From Anaerovoracaceae bacterium (GTDB lineage Bacteria; Bacteroidota; Bacteroidia; Bacteroidales; Bacteroidaceae), in contig CAVEQO010000006.1 of NCBI GenBank assembly GCA_963617965.1, positions 1,504 to 65,503 on the forward strand: a stretch of DNA of 64,000 nt, written 5' to 3'. Numbering within the stretch: the stretch's first letter is position 1; the number at the start of each line of letters is the position of its first letter. Shown here in pieces: positions 15,932-23,706 of this stretch. The translations under genes and the position numbers were made by a program. Below the pieces are notes generated by a model. The model saw only the letters and a program-made list of their open reading frames with translations, searched no databases and had not been told where the DNA came from.

Positions 15932-18397
15932 CTTGTGGCGTATGCTCAGGAAGCGTCCTATCAACGATCCCAGTTTGGTGCGGTGCTTTCTGTGCTTGCC
16001 TTCATCTCCGTAGCCGTAGCCGTAGCCGTAGCCGTAGCCGTAGCCGTAGCCGTAGCCGTAGCCGTTGAGGTTTCTGGCATTGGAATCGTTGACCACCACA
16101 TGCATGTTGCGGAACTTGCCCTCCTGGTAGAGTTTCTCAAGGTCTGTGAGGAAGCGGCGGTCTTCCACTCCTACGCGTATTACATACAGAGAGAAGTCTG
16201 CCACACGGTTCACGATGTTGGAGTCCGCCACGTTGATTGTCGGGGTTGTATCTATTATGACATACTTGTAGCCGTATTCATTGCGGAGCTTCTGTACCAG
16301 TTCGTCAAGGCGGTCGCTCAGAAGCAACTCTGCGGGATTGGGCGGTCGTACACCGGCTGGAATCACGTCAAGATTTTCGGAACTTGTCTTGGTGATAATG
16401 TCGTCAATGCCGCACTGGTTGGCAAGGTACGAGGTGAGACCGTGGCTGGTGCGGTTCATGCCCAGAACTTGCGAAACGGAGTTTTTGCGGATGTCGGCAT
16501 CTATGAGTATTGTCTTGGCTCCGCTGACATTGATAATGTAGGCGAGGTTACGCGATATGAAACTCTTGCCCTGTGACGGAGTGGACGATGTGACAACAAT
16601 CACACCCTCCTGTATGATCATGTTTATATTGTAGCGCAAAACCCTGAAAGCCTCGGTGATGGTCTTGTTGTCATCGGCCTTGGTGAGGAACTTGCTGATA
16701 TTCGTATCGTCTTCCCACCGCGGGATGTCGCCCACGATAGGTGCAGAGAGACTGTCTTCAATATCCTTGCGTCCGTGTACGGACTTGTCCATCGTGATGA
16801 GGAACCAGAACACGCCGGCAGGAATCAGCAGACCGAAAGCAAAGGCTATGAGCAGAATCCGGTTGGTGTGGGGCGACACAGGAATCCCTGTGCCATACGG
16901 ATATTCCACAATGCGGATGTTGGCCTCGTTGATGGCCAGCTGGAGAGCCGTCTCCTCGCGCTTGTTGAGGAGATAGGTGTAGAGAGCTTCCTTGATTTTT
17001 TGCTGTCGGGTGATGTCAAGAGTCTTGATCTCCGACTGCGGCGCAGTGGTCATTGCCGATCGCAGTTCGTCGTCGGAATGGCGCGCTTTGTTCACCTGTA
17101 TCTTTATGGCATCCACATAGCTGTCGATGCCTGCGCAGATATTGGCGCGCATGGCGGCCAATACGCGGTCGCGCTCCATAATGGCGTTGGCAGTCGGTGA
17201 AGAGTTGAGAAGCAGGTTGTTGCGTTCAACCATTAGGGTGTTGTATTCGTTGATCTGCTGCTCCATGTTGGCATTGCCCAACGCTCCGAGCACCGGTATC
17301 AGTTTGCCTTCAGAGGCGGCATGTGCGTAGATGAAGTCGCGCAGCGATGTCACCACGGCATACCTCGTCTCGAGCTGCAGGAGGGTCTCGTGCGAGGTGG
17401 AACTCTGCTCAAGGTAGTTTGACACGTTGAGATTGAAGTCAAGCATATTGCTTGACCGCTTGAAGTCAACGAGTTCTTTCTCCACGTCGCCGAGCTGCTT
17501 CCCAATGAGCAGAATGCGCTCGTCAATGAACTTTGCCGTGTTGTGGGCCACGGTGTTCTTTGCCTCCACTATGTCGGTCTTGTATGCCTCAAGAAGGGTG
17601 TTCAGGATTTTGTTGGCTCTCCTGTTGTTTTTGTCCTGGCATACAATGGTGATGAGGTTGGCGTCCTTGTTGTTCTCTGATGCGCTGATGCGGTTGCGGA
17701 AATAATTGACGGCCTGTTCCTTCGGAGCCCGGACAACGTGCACGGTCTTGTTGTTGAACTTGGAGAGATACTTGGTCTTTTTCAGCACCATGATACCGCC
17801 GGGAGTCTTGACCGGCTCGCCAAACGACACGACCTTTTCGAAGCCGGTCTTCCTGCCTTTGAAGCGCACATTTCTGACACGCAGTTTGCCGTCCGTTATC
17901 TCGGCATCAAAGCTTAGCGCACCCTTGTTGCCGTCCATAAACTCGGCAATTATAGGAGTCTCGTCAAACAGCGTGACGGGAGTGAGGTTCTGCGACACCG
18001 AGTAGGAAATGTTGAGCTTCAACTGGTCAACGACCACCGCCATCAACCGCCGCGAGGTGAGAATGAAGATCTCGTCCTTGAGGTTGTCGGTAGTCTGTAT
18101 GCCGCTTATGTCTTGAAGCGAGCTATAGGCTCTCGAGCGATTGTTTCTGGATTCGCCTTCCTTTATGAGAATTGTTGCAGACTGGTTGTATGTGCGGGTC
18201 TGCCGTTTGGTGAAGAGATACGCCAACCCCATGCACACGACCACGCTGAGGGCGAACCAACGCCAGTTCTTGCGCAGCACGAAAAGGCAAGAGAATACAA
18301 TCTCAAGAATATTGGAGGCCTGGCTCTCTTCTTTTTTTGTATTTGTATTGTAGCTCTCGTTCGGGGAGGGAGTCTCTGTATTGAGTGACATAGACAT
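15926..18397 (-). CDS. polysaccharide co-polymerase / BY-type tyrosine autokinase (Wzc-like)
   Basis: 823 aa with an N-terminal Wzz chain-length-determinant region carrying 2 TM segments and a coiled-coil periplasmic part. Walker A is TPSQGKS, Walker A' is ILIDADIRK and Walker B is VIIDTTP. The C-terminus carries a (GY)9 tyrosine cluster. Confidence 0.9.
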   Translation of the reverse strand: MSMSLNTETPSPNESYNTNTKKEESQASNILEIVFSCLFVLRKNWRWFALSVVVCMGLAYLFTKRQTRTYNQSATILIKEGESRNNRSRAYSSLQDISGIQTTDNLKDEIFILTSRRLMAVVVDQLKLNISYSVSQNLTPVTLFDETPIIAEFMDGNKGALSFDAEITDGKLRVRNVRFKGRKTGFEKVVSFGEPVKTPGGIMVLKKTKYLSKFNNKTVHVVRAPKEQAVNYFRNRISASENNKDANLITIVCQDKNNRRANKILNTLLEAYKTDIVEAKNTVAHNTAKFIDERILLIGKQLGDVEKELVDFKRSSNMLDFNLNVSNYLEQSSTSHETLLQLETRYAVVTSLRDFIYAHAASEGKLIPVLGALGNANMEQQINEYNTLMVERNNLLLNSSPTANAIMERDRVLAAMRANICAGIDSYVDAIKIQVNKARHSDDELRSAMTTAPQSEIKTLDITRQQKIKEALYTYLLNKREETALQLAINEANIRIVEYPYGTGIPVSPHTNRILLIAFAFGLLIPAGVFWFLITMDKSVHGRKDIEDSLSAPIVGDIPRWEDDTNISKFLTKADDNKTITEAFRVLRYNINMIIQEGVIVVTSSTPSQGKSFISRNLAYIINVSGAKTILIDADIRKNSVSQVLGMNRTSHGLTSYLANQCGIDDIITKTSSENLDVIPAGVRPPNPAELLLSDRLDELVQKLRNEYGYKYVIIDTTPTINVADSNIVNRVADFSLYVIRVGVEDRRFLTDLEKLYQEGKFRNMHVVVNDSNARNLNGYGYGYGYGYGYGYGYGYGDEGKHRKHRTKLGSLIGRFLSIRHKF
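16008..16065 (-). repeat. perfect hexanucleotide tandem repeat, (CCGTAG)9 on + strand, encoding (GY)9
   Basis: Nine exact copies occupy 16008..16061 plus a partial tenth. The repeat is in frame within the Wzc C-terminus. Confidence 0.95.
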
Positions 18398-18404
18398 GAG
18401 GTTT

Positions 18405-19208
18405 TTAGTTGGTTAGTGCGATGATGAGTGATATTACGGAGGTTACCACACCTACCAGGGTACCCGTTACGGTGAGATAAGTATATGACGTGCTACCCTT
18501 TACCTTAACAGACTTGTTGCCTTCCACAATCACGAGGTCGTTCTGCTGCATATAGTAGGCCGGCGAGTTGAACACCGATTTCGGGTCGGTCAGATCCACT
18601 TTATAGGTAGTACGCTTGCCGTTCTCCTCTCTCAGTACGAGCACGTTGGTTCGTATGGCACTGCTGTTGAGGTCGCCGGCGCGCCCCAAAGCCTCAAGAA
18701 GGGTCAGGCGTTGCCCCGTGTAGCTCTGTGTGCCGGGAGTCCTGACATCGCCGAGCACCGTGATCTTGAAACTCATGATTTTGGTATTCACCTGCACGTC
18801 CTTGACATCCTGCTGGAGTCTTGACTGTATCTGTGCGGAGAGCTGCTCCGGGGTGAGTCCCGCCGCCTTTATCTTGCCCACAATGGGGAAATCAATGCAG
18901 CCGTCCTGATATACGTAGAAATAGCATACACCTGCCGTAGACATGCTTTGCGAGGAACCCGACTGACTGTTGCCAGACCCCACGAGAATGTAGTTGTTAT
19001 ACTGGTCAAGCAGAGCCTTGTCGCGTGACGATATAGAGATGGCCAACTGGTCGTCGCTCTGTATCAGGAGCTGGAAATTCCTGTTGATGCCCACAGATTT
19101 TGAATAGAGAGAGTCTGCTCCTTGAAGATAAATCATCTCCTTGTTGCTTACGCACGAAGTCATGAAAGCGGTTGCAGCAAGGAAAAGTAAGAAGATTGTT
19201 TTTCTCAT
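18405..19208 (-). CDS. polysaccharide export outer-membrane protein (Wza/BexD family)
   Basis: 267 aa with the lipoprotein-type signal MRKTIFLLFLAATAFMTSC and PES/SLBB-like motifs (LTLLEALGRAGD). It lies immediately upstream of Wzc with a 7-nt gap. Confidence 0.85.
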   Translation of the reverse strand: MRKTIFLLFLAATAFMTSCVSNKEMIYLQGADSLYSKSVGINRNFQLLIQSDDQLAISISSRDKALLDQYNNYILVGSGNSQSGSSQSMSTAGVCYFYVYQDGCIDFPIVGKIKAAGLTPEQLSAQIQSRLQQDVKDVQVNTKIMSFKITVLGDVRTPGTQSYTGQRLTLLEALGRAGDLNSSAIRTNVLVLREENGKRTTYKVDLTDPKSVFNSPAYYMQQNDLVIVEGNKSVKVKGSTSYTYLTVTGTLVGVVTSVISLIIALTN

Positions 19209-19247
19209 CGCTTGACGGTGTTTTAATAAAGACAGTGTTTAACTTGG

Positions 19248-19255
19248 CAAAGTTA
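19248..19255 (-). promoter_or_regulatory. -7 box (TAACTTTG) for wza-wzc
   Basis: Reverse complement of CAAAGTTA, 39 nt upstream of the Wza ATG. Confidence 0.45.
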
Positions 19256-19318
19256 AGTGTTTTTTGGGGACTGCGGGCGTTTTTGCCAGACAAATATGTA
19301 TGAATTGTTACAAATACA

Positions 19319-19360
19319 GCAAATCCCACGGCTGGACAAGAGAACAGCCGTGGGATTTGC
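19319..19360 (-). terminator. terminator hairpin downstream of hppA
   Basis: Perfect 16-bp stem GCAAATCCCACGGCTG / CAGCCGTGGGATTTGC with a 10-nt loop, 63 nt after the hppA stop. Confidence 0.7.
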
Positions 19361-19422
19361 AGTGTTTACGCGGAGTGTAAGGGAGTGGTGCTTTACCGCA
19401 CCATCACACTCTGCACGGTTCG

Positions 19423-21606
19423 TCAGATGAAAGCTACGGTAAGACCAGCCATCACGATGCTCACCATTGACATGAGTTTGATAAGGATGTTGAGTGACGG
19501 ACCTGACGTGTCCTTGAACGGATCGCCCACGGTGTCGCCCACGATGGTGGCTTTGTGGCAGTCAGAGCCTTTTCCTCCGAAGTTGCCTTCTTCAACCATT
19601 TTCTTGGCATTGTCCCATGCACCGCCGGAGTTGCTCATGAAGATGGCGAGGGTAAAGCCTGCGGCCAGACCGCCCACAAGCAGTCCGAGCACGCCTGCAA
19701 CGCCGAGCAGCAGACCGACCACGATAGGAATGATGATGGCCAGAAGAGACGGGAAAATCATCTCGCGCTGGGCCGAGCGGGTGGAGATTTCAACGCAGCG
19801 TCCGTAGTCGGGAGTGGCTTTGCCCTCAAGGATGCCCTTGATCTCGCGGAACTGGCGGCGCACCTCCTGCACCATGTCTTCGGCAGCGCGACCTACGGCG
19901 CCCATCGTGATGCCGCTGAACAGGAATGCCGCCATGGCTCCAAGAAACACACCGACAATCACCTTGGGGTTCATGAGGTTAACCTGGAAATAATCCATGA
20001 ATGCCGGTATGTCCTGAATGTGGCTGAACACCTCTTTCATATGGGTGTCGCCGGCTTCTGCCAGACGTTCCACAGCCACCTTGATTTCCTCTATGTATGA
20101 AGCCAGAAGGGCGAGAGCCGTGAGGGCGGCAGAACCGATAGCGAAGCCCTTGCCTGTGGCTGCGGTGGTGTTGCCCAAAGCATCAAGGGCATCGGTACGC
20201 TTGCGCACTTCAGGTCCGAGCTCGCTCATTTCGGCGTTTCCGCCGGCGTTGTCGGCAATGGGGCCGTAGGCATCGGTGGCAAGGGTGATGCCGAGGGTGG
20301 AGAGCATCCCCACAGCGGCAATGCCCACGCCGTAGAGACCCATGGAGAGGTTCTGCGCAGTCATTTCAAGCTGGAAGCCATTGGCGCACAGGTAGCTGAG
20401 CATGATGGCCACGGATATGGTGACTACGGGCACCATGGTGGAAATCATGCCGGTGCCCACGCCCTTGATGATGACGGTAGCTGCACCGGTGGTCGAGGCT
20501 TCCGATATCTTCTGTGTGGGTTTGTAGGAGTGCGAAGTGTAGTATTCGGTTGCCTGCCCGATTATCACGCCGGCAAGCAGGCCTGTGATCACGGAGAACG
20601 AGATGCCTATCCAGTTCTCAATCTGGAGCAGATAGAGAATGGCGAAGGTGGCTACGGCTATGAGTCCCGCGCTGATGTTGGTGCCGAGACCCAGCGAGCG
20701 GAGCAGTTGTTTCATTGTGGCGCCTTCTTTGGTGCGCACGAGGAAAATGCCGAAGAGGGAGAGGAAGATACCCACGGCGGCGATGACCATCGGGGCAATC
20801 ACCGACTTGACCTGCATGGCCTCGTTGGCCACAAAGGCAGTGGCACCCAACGCTGCGGTGGAGAGAATGGCTCCGCAGTAGCTCTCATAGAGGTCTGCGC
20901 CCATACCAGCCACATCGCCCACGTTGTCGCCCACGTTGTCGGCAATGGTTGCCGGATTGCGCGGATCGTCCTCGGGAATATCGGCCTCAACCTTGCCGAC
21001 GATGTCGGCGCCCACGTCAGCGGCCTTGGTGTAGATGCCGCCGCCCACACGGGCGAACAGGGCTTGGGTGGAGGCTCCCATGCCGAAGGTAAGCATGGTG
21101 GTGGTGATGGTGACAAGACTGTCAACGCCAACGGCGTTGAGAATGAGGTACCACACGGCGATGTCAAGCAGGCCGAGACCTACAACGGTCAGACCCATGA
21201 CCGCACCCGAGCGGAACGCTATGCGCAAACCGGCGTCAAGGCTGTTGCGGGCAGCGTTGGCAGTGCGGGCAGACGCATAGGTGGCGGTCTTCATTCCAAA
21301 GAAACCTGCCAGACCGGAGAACAGACCGCCCGTGAGGAACGCAAACGGCACCCAAGGGTTCTGCATATGGAAGCCGTAGGCCATAATGGCAAAGATTGCG
21401 GCAAGCACAATGAACACGATGCCGACAACCTTGTATTGCTGTTTGAGGTAAGCCATGGCACCTTTGCGGACGTGTTCCGCAATCTCGCGCATACGGGGTG
21501 TTCCCTCGTCTGCTTTCTTCATTTGCAAGAAGAAATAAAGGGCGACTCCCAATGCCACCACGGAGGCAATGGGAACAAGCCAGAATACATCTAGTATTTT
21601 TTCCAT
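19423..21606 (-). CDS. hppA: membrane-bound ion-translocating pyrophosphatase
   Basis: 727 aa, polytopic, with signature motifs [20 protein letters not shown] and [21 protein letters not shown]. Confidence 0.95.
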   Translation of the reverse strand: MEKILDVFWLVPIASVVALGVALYFFLQMKKADEGTPRMREIAEHVRKGAMAYLKQQYKVVGIVFIVLAAIFAIMAYGFHMQNPWVPFAFLTGGLFSGLAGFFGMKTATYASARTANAARNSLDAGLRIAFRSGAVMGLTVVGLGLLDIAVWYLILNAVGVDSLVTITTTMLTFGMGASTQALFARVGGGIYTKAADVGADIVGKVEADIPEDDPRNPATIADNVGDNVGDVAGMGADLYESYCGAILSTAALGATAFVANEAMQVKSVIAPMVIAAVGIFLSLFGIFLVRTKEGATMKQLLRSLGLGTNISAGLIAVATFAILYLLQIENWIGISFSVITGLLAGVIIGQATEYYTSHSYKPTQKISEASTTGAATVIIKGVGTGMISTMVPVVTISVAIMLSYLCANGFQLEMTAQNLSMGLYGVGIAAVGMLSTLGITLATDAYGPIADNAGGNAEMSELGPEVRKRTDALDALGNTTAATGKGFAIGSAALTALALLASYIEEIKVAVERLAEAGDTHMKEVFSHIQDIPAFMDYFQVNLMNPKVIVGVFLGAMAAFLFSGITMGAVGRAAEDMVQEVRRQFREIKGILEGKATPDYGRCVEISTRSAQREMIFPSLLAIIIPIVVGLLLGVAGVLGLLVGGLAAGFTLAIFMSNSGGAWDNAKKMVEEGNFGGKGSDCHKATIVGDTVGDPFKDTSGPSLNILIKLMSMVSIVMAGLTVAFI

Positions 21607-21634
21607 TTGTTTGATAAAAAATTTTTGTGAGATA

Positions 21635-21642
21635 CAAAATTA
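21635..21642 (-). promoter_or_regulatory. -7 box (TAATTTTG) for hppA
   Basis: Reverse complement of CAAAATTA, 28 nt upstream of the ATG. Confidence 0.5.
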
Positions 21643-21763
21643 GCACTAAATGTCGGGAAAAAGTCGCACGAAACCTGCAAAATCGCACTTTCCGGCTCGA
21701 AAAATCGCCAAAAGTTGATTTGCAGGCAGGAAAACCAATTCCGGCAACAGGCAGGGGGGGGGA

Positions 21764-22792
21764 TTATGCCACGCTGTGGCGGCGCTTGCGGTGCTTGTGG
21801 TGATGCCCGAAGCGGTGAAGTTCATCGAACCCTTTAGGGCGATGGAAGAAAGTGGTGCGGTAAAGTTTGTTGGAGATAAAGATGAACAATGCAGCAGAAA
21901 CCAAACCTCCTGCCACATCAACGGCATAATGAGCACCGATGTAGACCGTTGAAAGACACAGGAGAATCCAGAACGGCATCATGACAAGCCCCCACTTTTT
22001 CTTCAAGCGCATGGTGAGATACATTATCACTGTTGACGCGCCTACATGACTGCTCGGAAAAGCGGCAATGGGTTTCTCGCTGCCTTGTGCCATATGGACG
22101 AGATAGCTGAACGGTCCTGTGATTTCGTTCATGTGGCAGAGGGTGGCGTGATCGCGGAACCATGTGCCGACAGGAGGGAAGACAGCGTTGGCGGCATCCA
22201 CGCCGGGGCAGCTGAAATAGAATTGCGGTCCGGCGGCGTTGTAGAGCAGGAAGACGGTATAGTACATGAAGAAAGTGGCCATCAGGATGAAGGTTGTCCT
22301 GTCGAACCTGCGGGGTCGCCTTACAACGACGAGCAGCACTACACCTGCAATCATCAGGTAGTATGAGAAATATCCCAGATTGAACAGTTCGTTCCAGAAG
22401 ACACCGTGCAGGGACTGGCTGAACGCCACCGAGGGTTGGTATCCGAAGACGATCTGGTCGGCTGTGGCCAGAATATGGTCTTGGCTTGGCATCATGGCTG
22501 CCAGGTTGTATATGTCGGGATACCAATATGCCAGCAGGGCAATCTGGAAGAACACCCTCAGCTGGTAGGTGGCGTTGCACGGATGGCTCCGGTATAGCCA
22601 GACAAGGGCGGCGGTGGCGGCGATGACCGCCAGTCTGCCAGTGATGATGTCCGCCAGAACCGCTTCGTCAAGATCCGTATAGAAAACGGCTGTCAGAGCG
22701 AAAGTAATGCCTATGTAGATAGCGGCGGCTTTTTCTATGCCGTTGAGTCCCGGCATGGGGTATTGCCTATTGAAATAGTGTGTCAGTATCAT
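21764..22792 (-). CDS. PAP2 superfamily membrane protein (PAP2_3 / Aur1-like lipid phosphotransferase or phosphatase)
   Basis: The start is placed at the ATG at 22792 (MILTHYF), because the longer ORF would overlap cobB. The protein is polytopic with motifs FPSSHV and HYAVDVAGG and a His/Arg/Lys-rich C-terminal tail. Confidence 0.65.
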   Translation of the reverse strand: MILTHYFNRQYPMPGLNGIEKAAAIYIGITFALTAVFYTDLDEAVLADIITGRLAVIAATAALVWLYRSHPCNATYQLRVFFQIALLAYWYPDIYNLAAMMPSQDHILATADQIVFGYQPSVAFSQSLHGVFWNELFNLGYFSYYLMIAGVVLLVVVRRPRRFDRTTFILMATFFMYYTVFLLYNAAGPQFYFSCPGVDAANAVFPPVGTWFRDHATLCHMNEITGPFSYLVHMAQGSEKPIAAFPSSHVGASTVIMYLTMRLKKKWGLVMMPFWILLCLSTVYIGAHYAVDVAGGLVSAALFIFISNKLYRTTFFHRPKGFDELHRFGHHHKHRKRRHSVA

Positions 22793-22841
22793 GGTTGTTC
22801 TGGTGATTCGTGTTTTGACGAGCGGTGGCAGCGGACATATT

Positions 22842-23543
22842 TTACATCTTACGGAGGATATCGGCGAGCCGCTCCATACCTTCGGAGGCACCGGTCTTGA
22901 TGTGGACTACATCGGCGCTGCATGGAGTCTTCACGTATTTGGGGTCAATCAGAAAGATAGGGATGCCGTTCGGGGCATAGTCCATAAGTCCGGCGGCAGG
23001 GTAGACGTTGAGGGAGGTTCCTATGATGACAAAGATATCGGCTTCTGCCACCTTTTCCGCAGCGGCGGAAATCATAGGCACGGGTTCCTCGAAGAACACA
23101 ATGTAGGGTCGCAGCAGCGATCCGTCTCCGGCTTTTTCTCCTGGCTTGACGCAGCAGTTGTGTTCATCGAGTATTTTCCAGTATTGCGGATTTTCGACAT
23201 CGGCAGAAGAGCACACCTTCTTGAGCTCCCCGTGCAGGTGAATCACGTCTGTTGAGCCGGCACGCTCATGGAGGTCGTCAATGTTCTGTGTGATGATGCT
23301 TACGCAGAAGTTTTCCTCCAGCTGTGCCAATATTCTGTGAGCCCCGCACGGTTGGGTCTGGAAGAGCTGTCTGCGGCGTTCATTGTAGAAGCGGTTGACC
23401 AGATCCGGGTCGTTGAGCCATCCCGTGTGGCTGGCGACTTGCATCACGGGATACTGTTCCCATAGTCCGCCTGAGTCACGGAACGTGGAGATTCCGCTCT
23501 CGGCGCTGATACCCGCTCCTGTCAATACTGTGAGTTTCTTCAT
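22842..23543 (-). CDS. cobB: NAD-dependent protein deacylase (Sir2 family)
   Basis: The start at 23543 gives MKKLTVLTGAGISAESGISTFRD (NAD-binding motif). QNIDDLHERAG and HG catalytic-His context are present. 233 aa. Confidence 0.85.
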   Translation of the reverse strand: MKKLTVLTGAGISAESGISTFRDSGGLWEQYPVMQVASHTGWLNDPDLVNRFYNERRRQLFQTQPCGAHRILAQLEENFCVSIITQNIDDLHERAGSTDVIHLHGELKKVCSSADVENPQYWKILDEHNCCVKPGEKAGDGSLLRPYIVFFEEPVPMISAAAEKVAEADIFVIIGTSLNVYPAAGLMDYAPNGIPIFLIDPKYVKTPCSADVVHIKTGASEGMERLADILRKM

Positions 23544-23591
23544 TGCTGCAGCCTCTCCTGCATTTGGCGGAGAGGAGACGTGCGTTTCGGT

Positions 23592-23599
23592 TAAATTTG
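23592..23599 (+). promoter_or_regulatory. candidate -7 box (TAAATTTG) for rnr
   Basis: Matches TAnnTTTG, 107 nt upstream of the rnr ATG. Confidence 0.3.
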
Positions 23600-23601
23600 T
23601 G

Positions 23602-23609
23602 CAAAGGTA
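23602..23609 (-). promoter_or_regulatory. -7 box (TACCTTTG) for cobB
   Basis: Reverse complement of CAAAGGTA, 58 nt upstream of the cobB ATG at 23543. Confidence 0.4.
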
Positions 23610-23706
23610 TGAACTTTTCGGTAATGTCATGATGTTTGTTCAGTGGAAAATGCGTTCCTTTGCATTATTCAGATACATAGGAATATGTATTACAGAAAAT
23701 ACTGAC

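Noticed and set aside
16008-16065. Tandem repeat considered as a CRISPR array or a non-coding microsatellite
   Set aside because: The 6-nt unit has no spacers, and the repeat lies in frame inside the Wzc CDS. It is a coding repeat and is reported as such.
15581-16576. 331-aa plus-strand ORF containing an (AV)n run
   Set aside because: The (AV)n run is just the opposite-strand reading of the (GY)9 repeat. The ORF bridges the GT2 3' end, the terminator palindrome and antisense Wzc.
20530-21594. 354-aa Gly/His-rich ORF antisense to hppA
   Set aside because: It is the mirror image of a Gly/Ala/Val-rich membrane protein gene. No independent evidence supports it.
21754-21762. G9 homopolymer (C9 on the coding strand) as a phase-variation switch
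   Set aside because: It starts one base after the PAP2-like gene stop codon and lies more than 110 nt upstream of the hppA -7 box. Length changes would alter neither a reading frame nor promoter spacing.
22842-23543. Sir2-domain protein considered as a defence effector (Thoeris/DSR-like)
   Set aside because: It is a 233-aa single-domain protein with canonical CobB motifs and no fused or adjacent sensor domain. It is consistent with a housekeeping deacylase.
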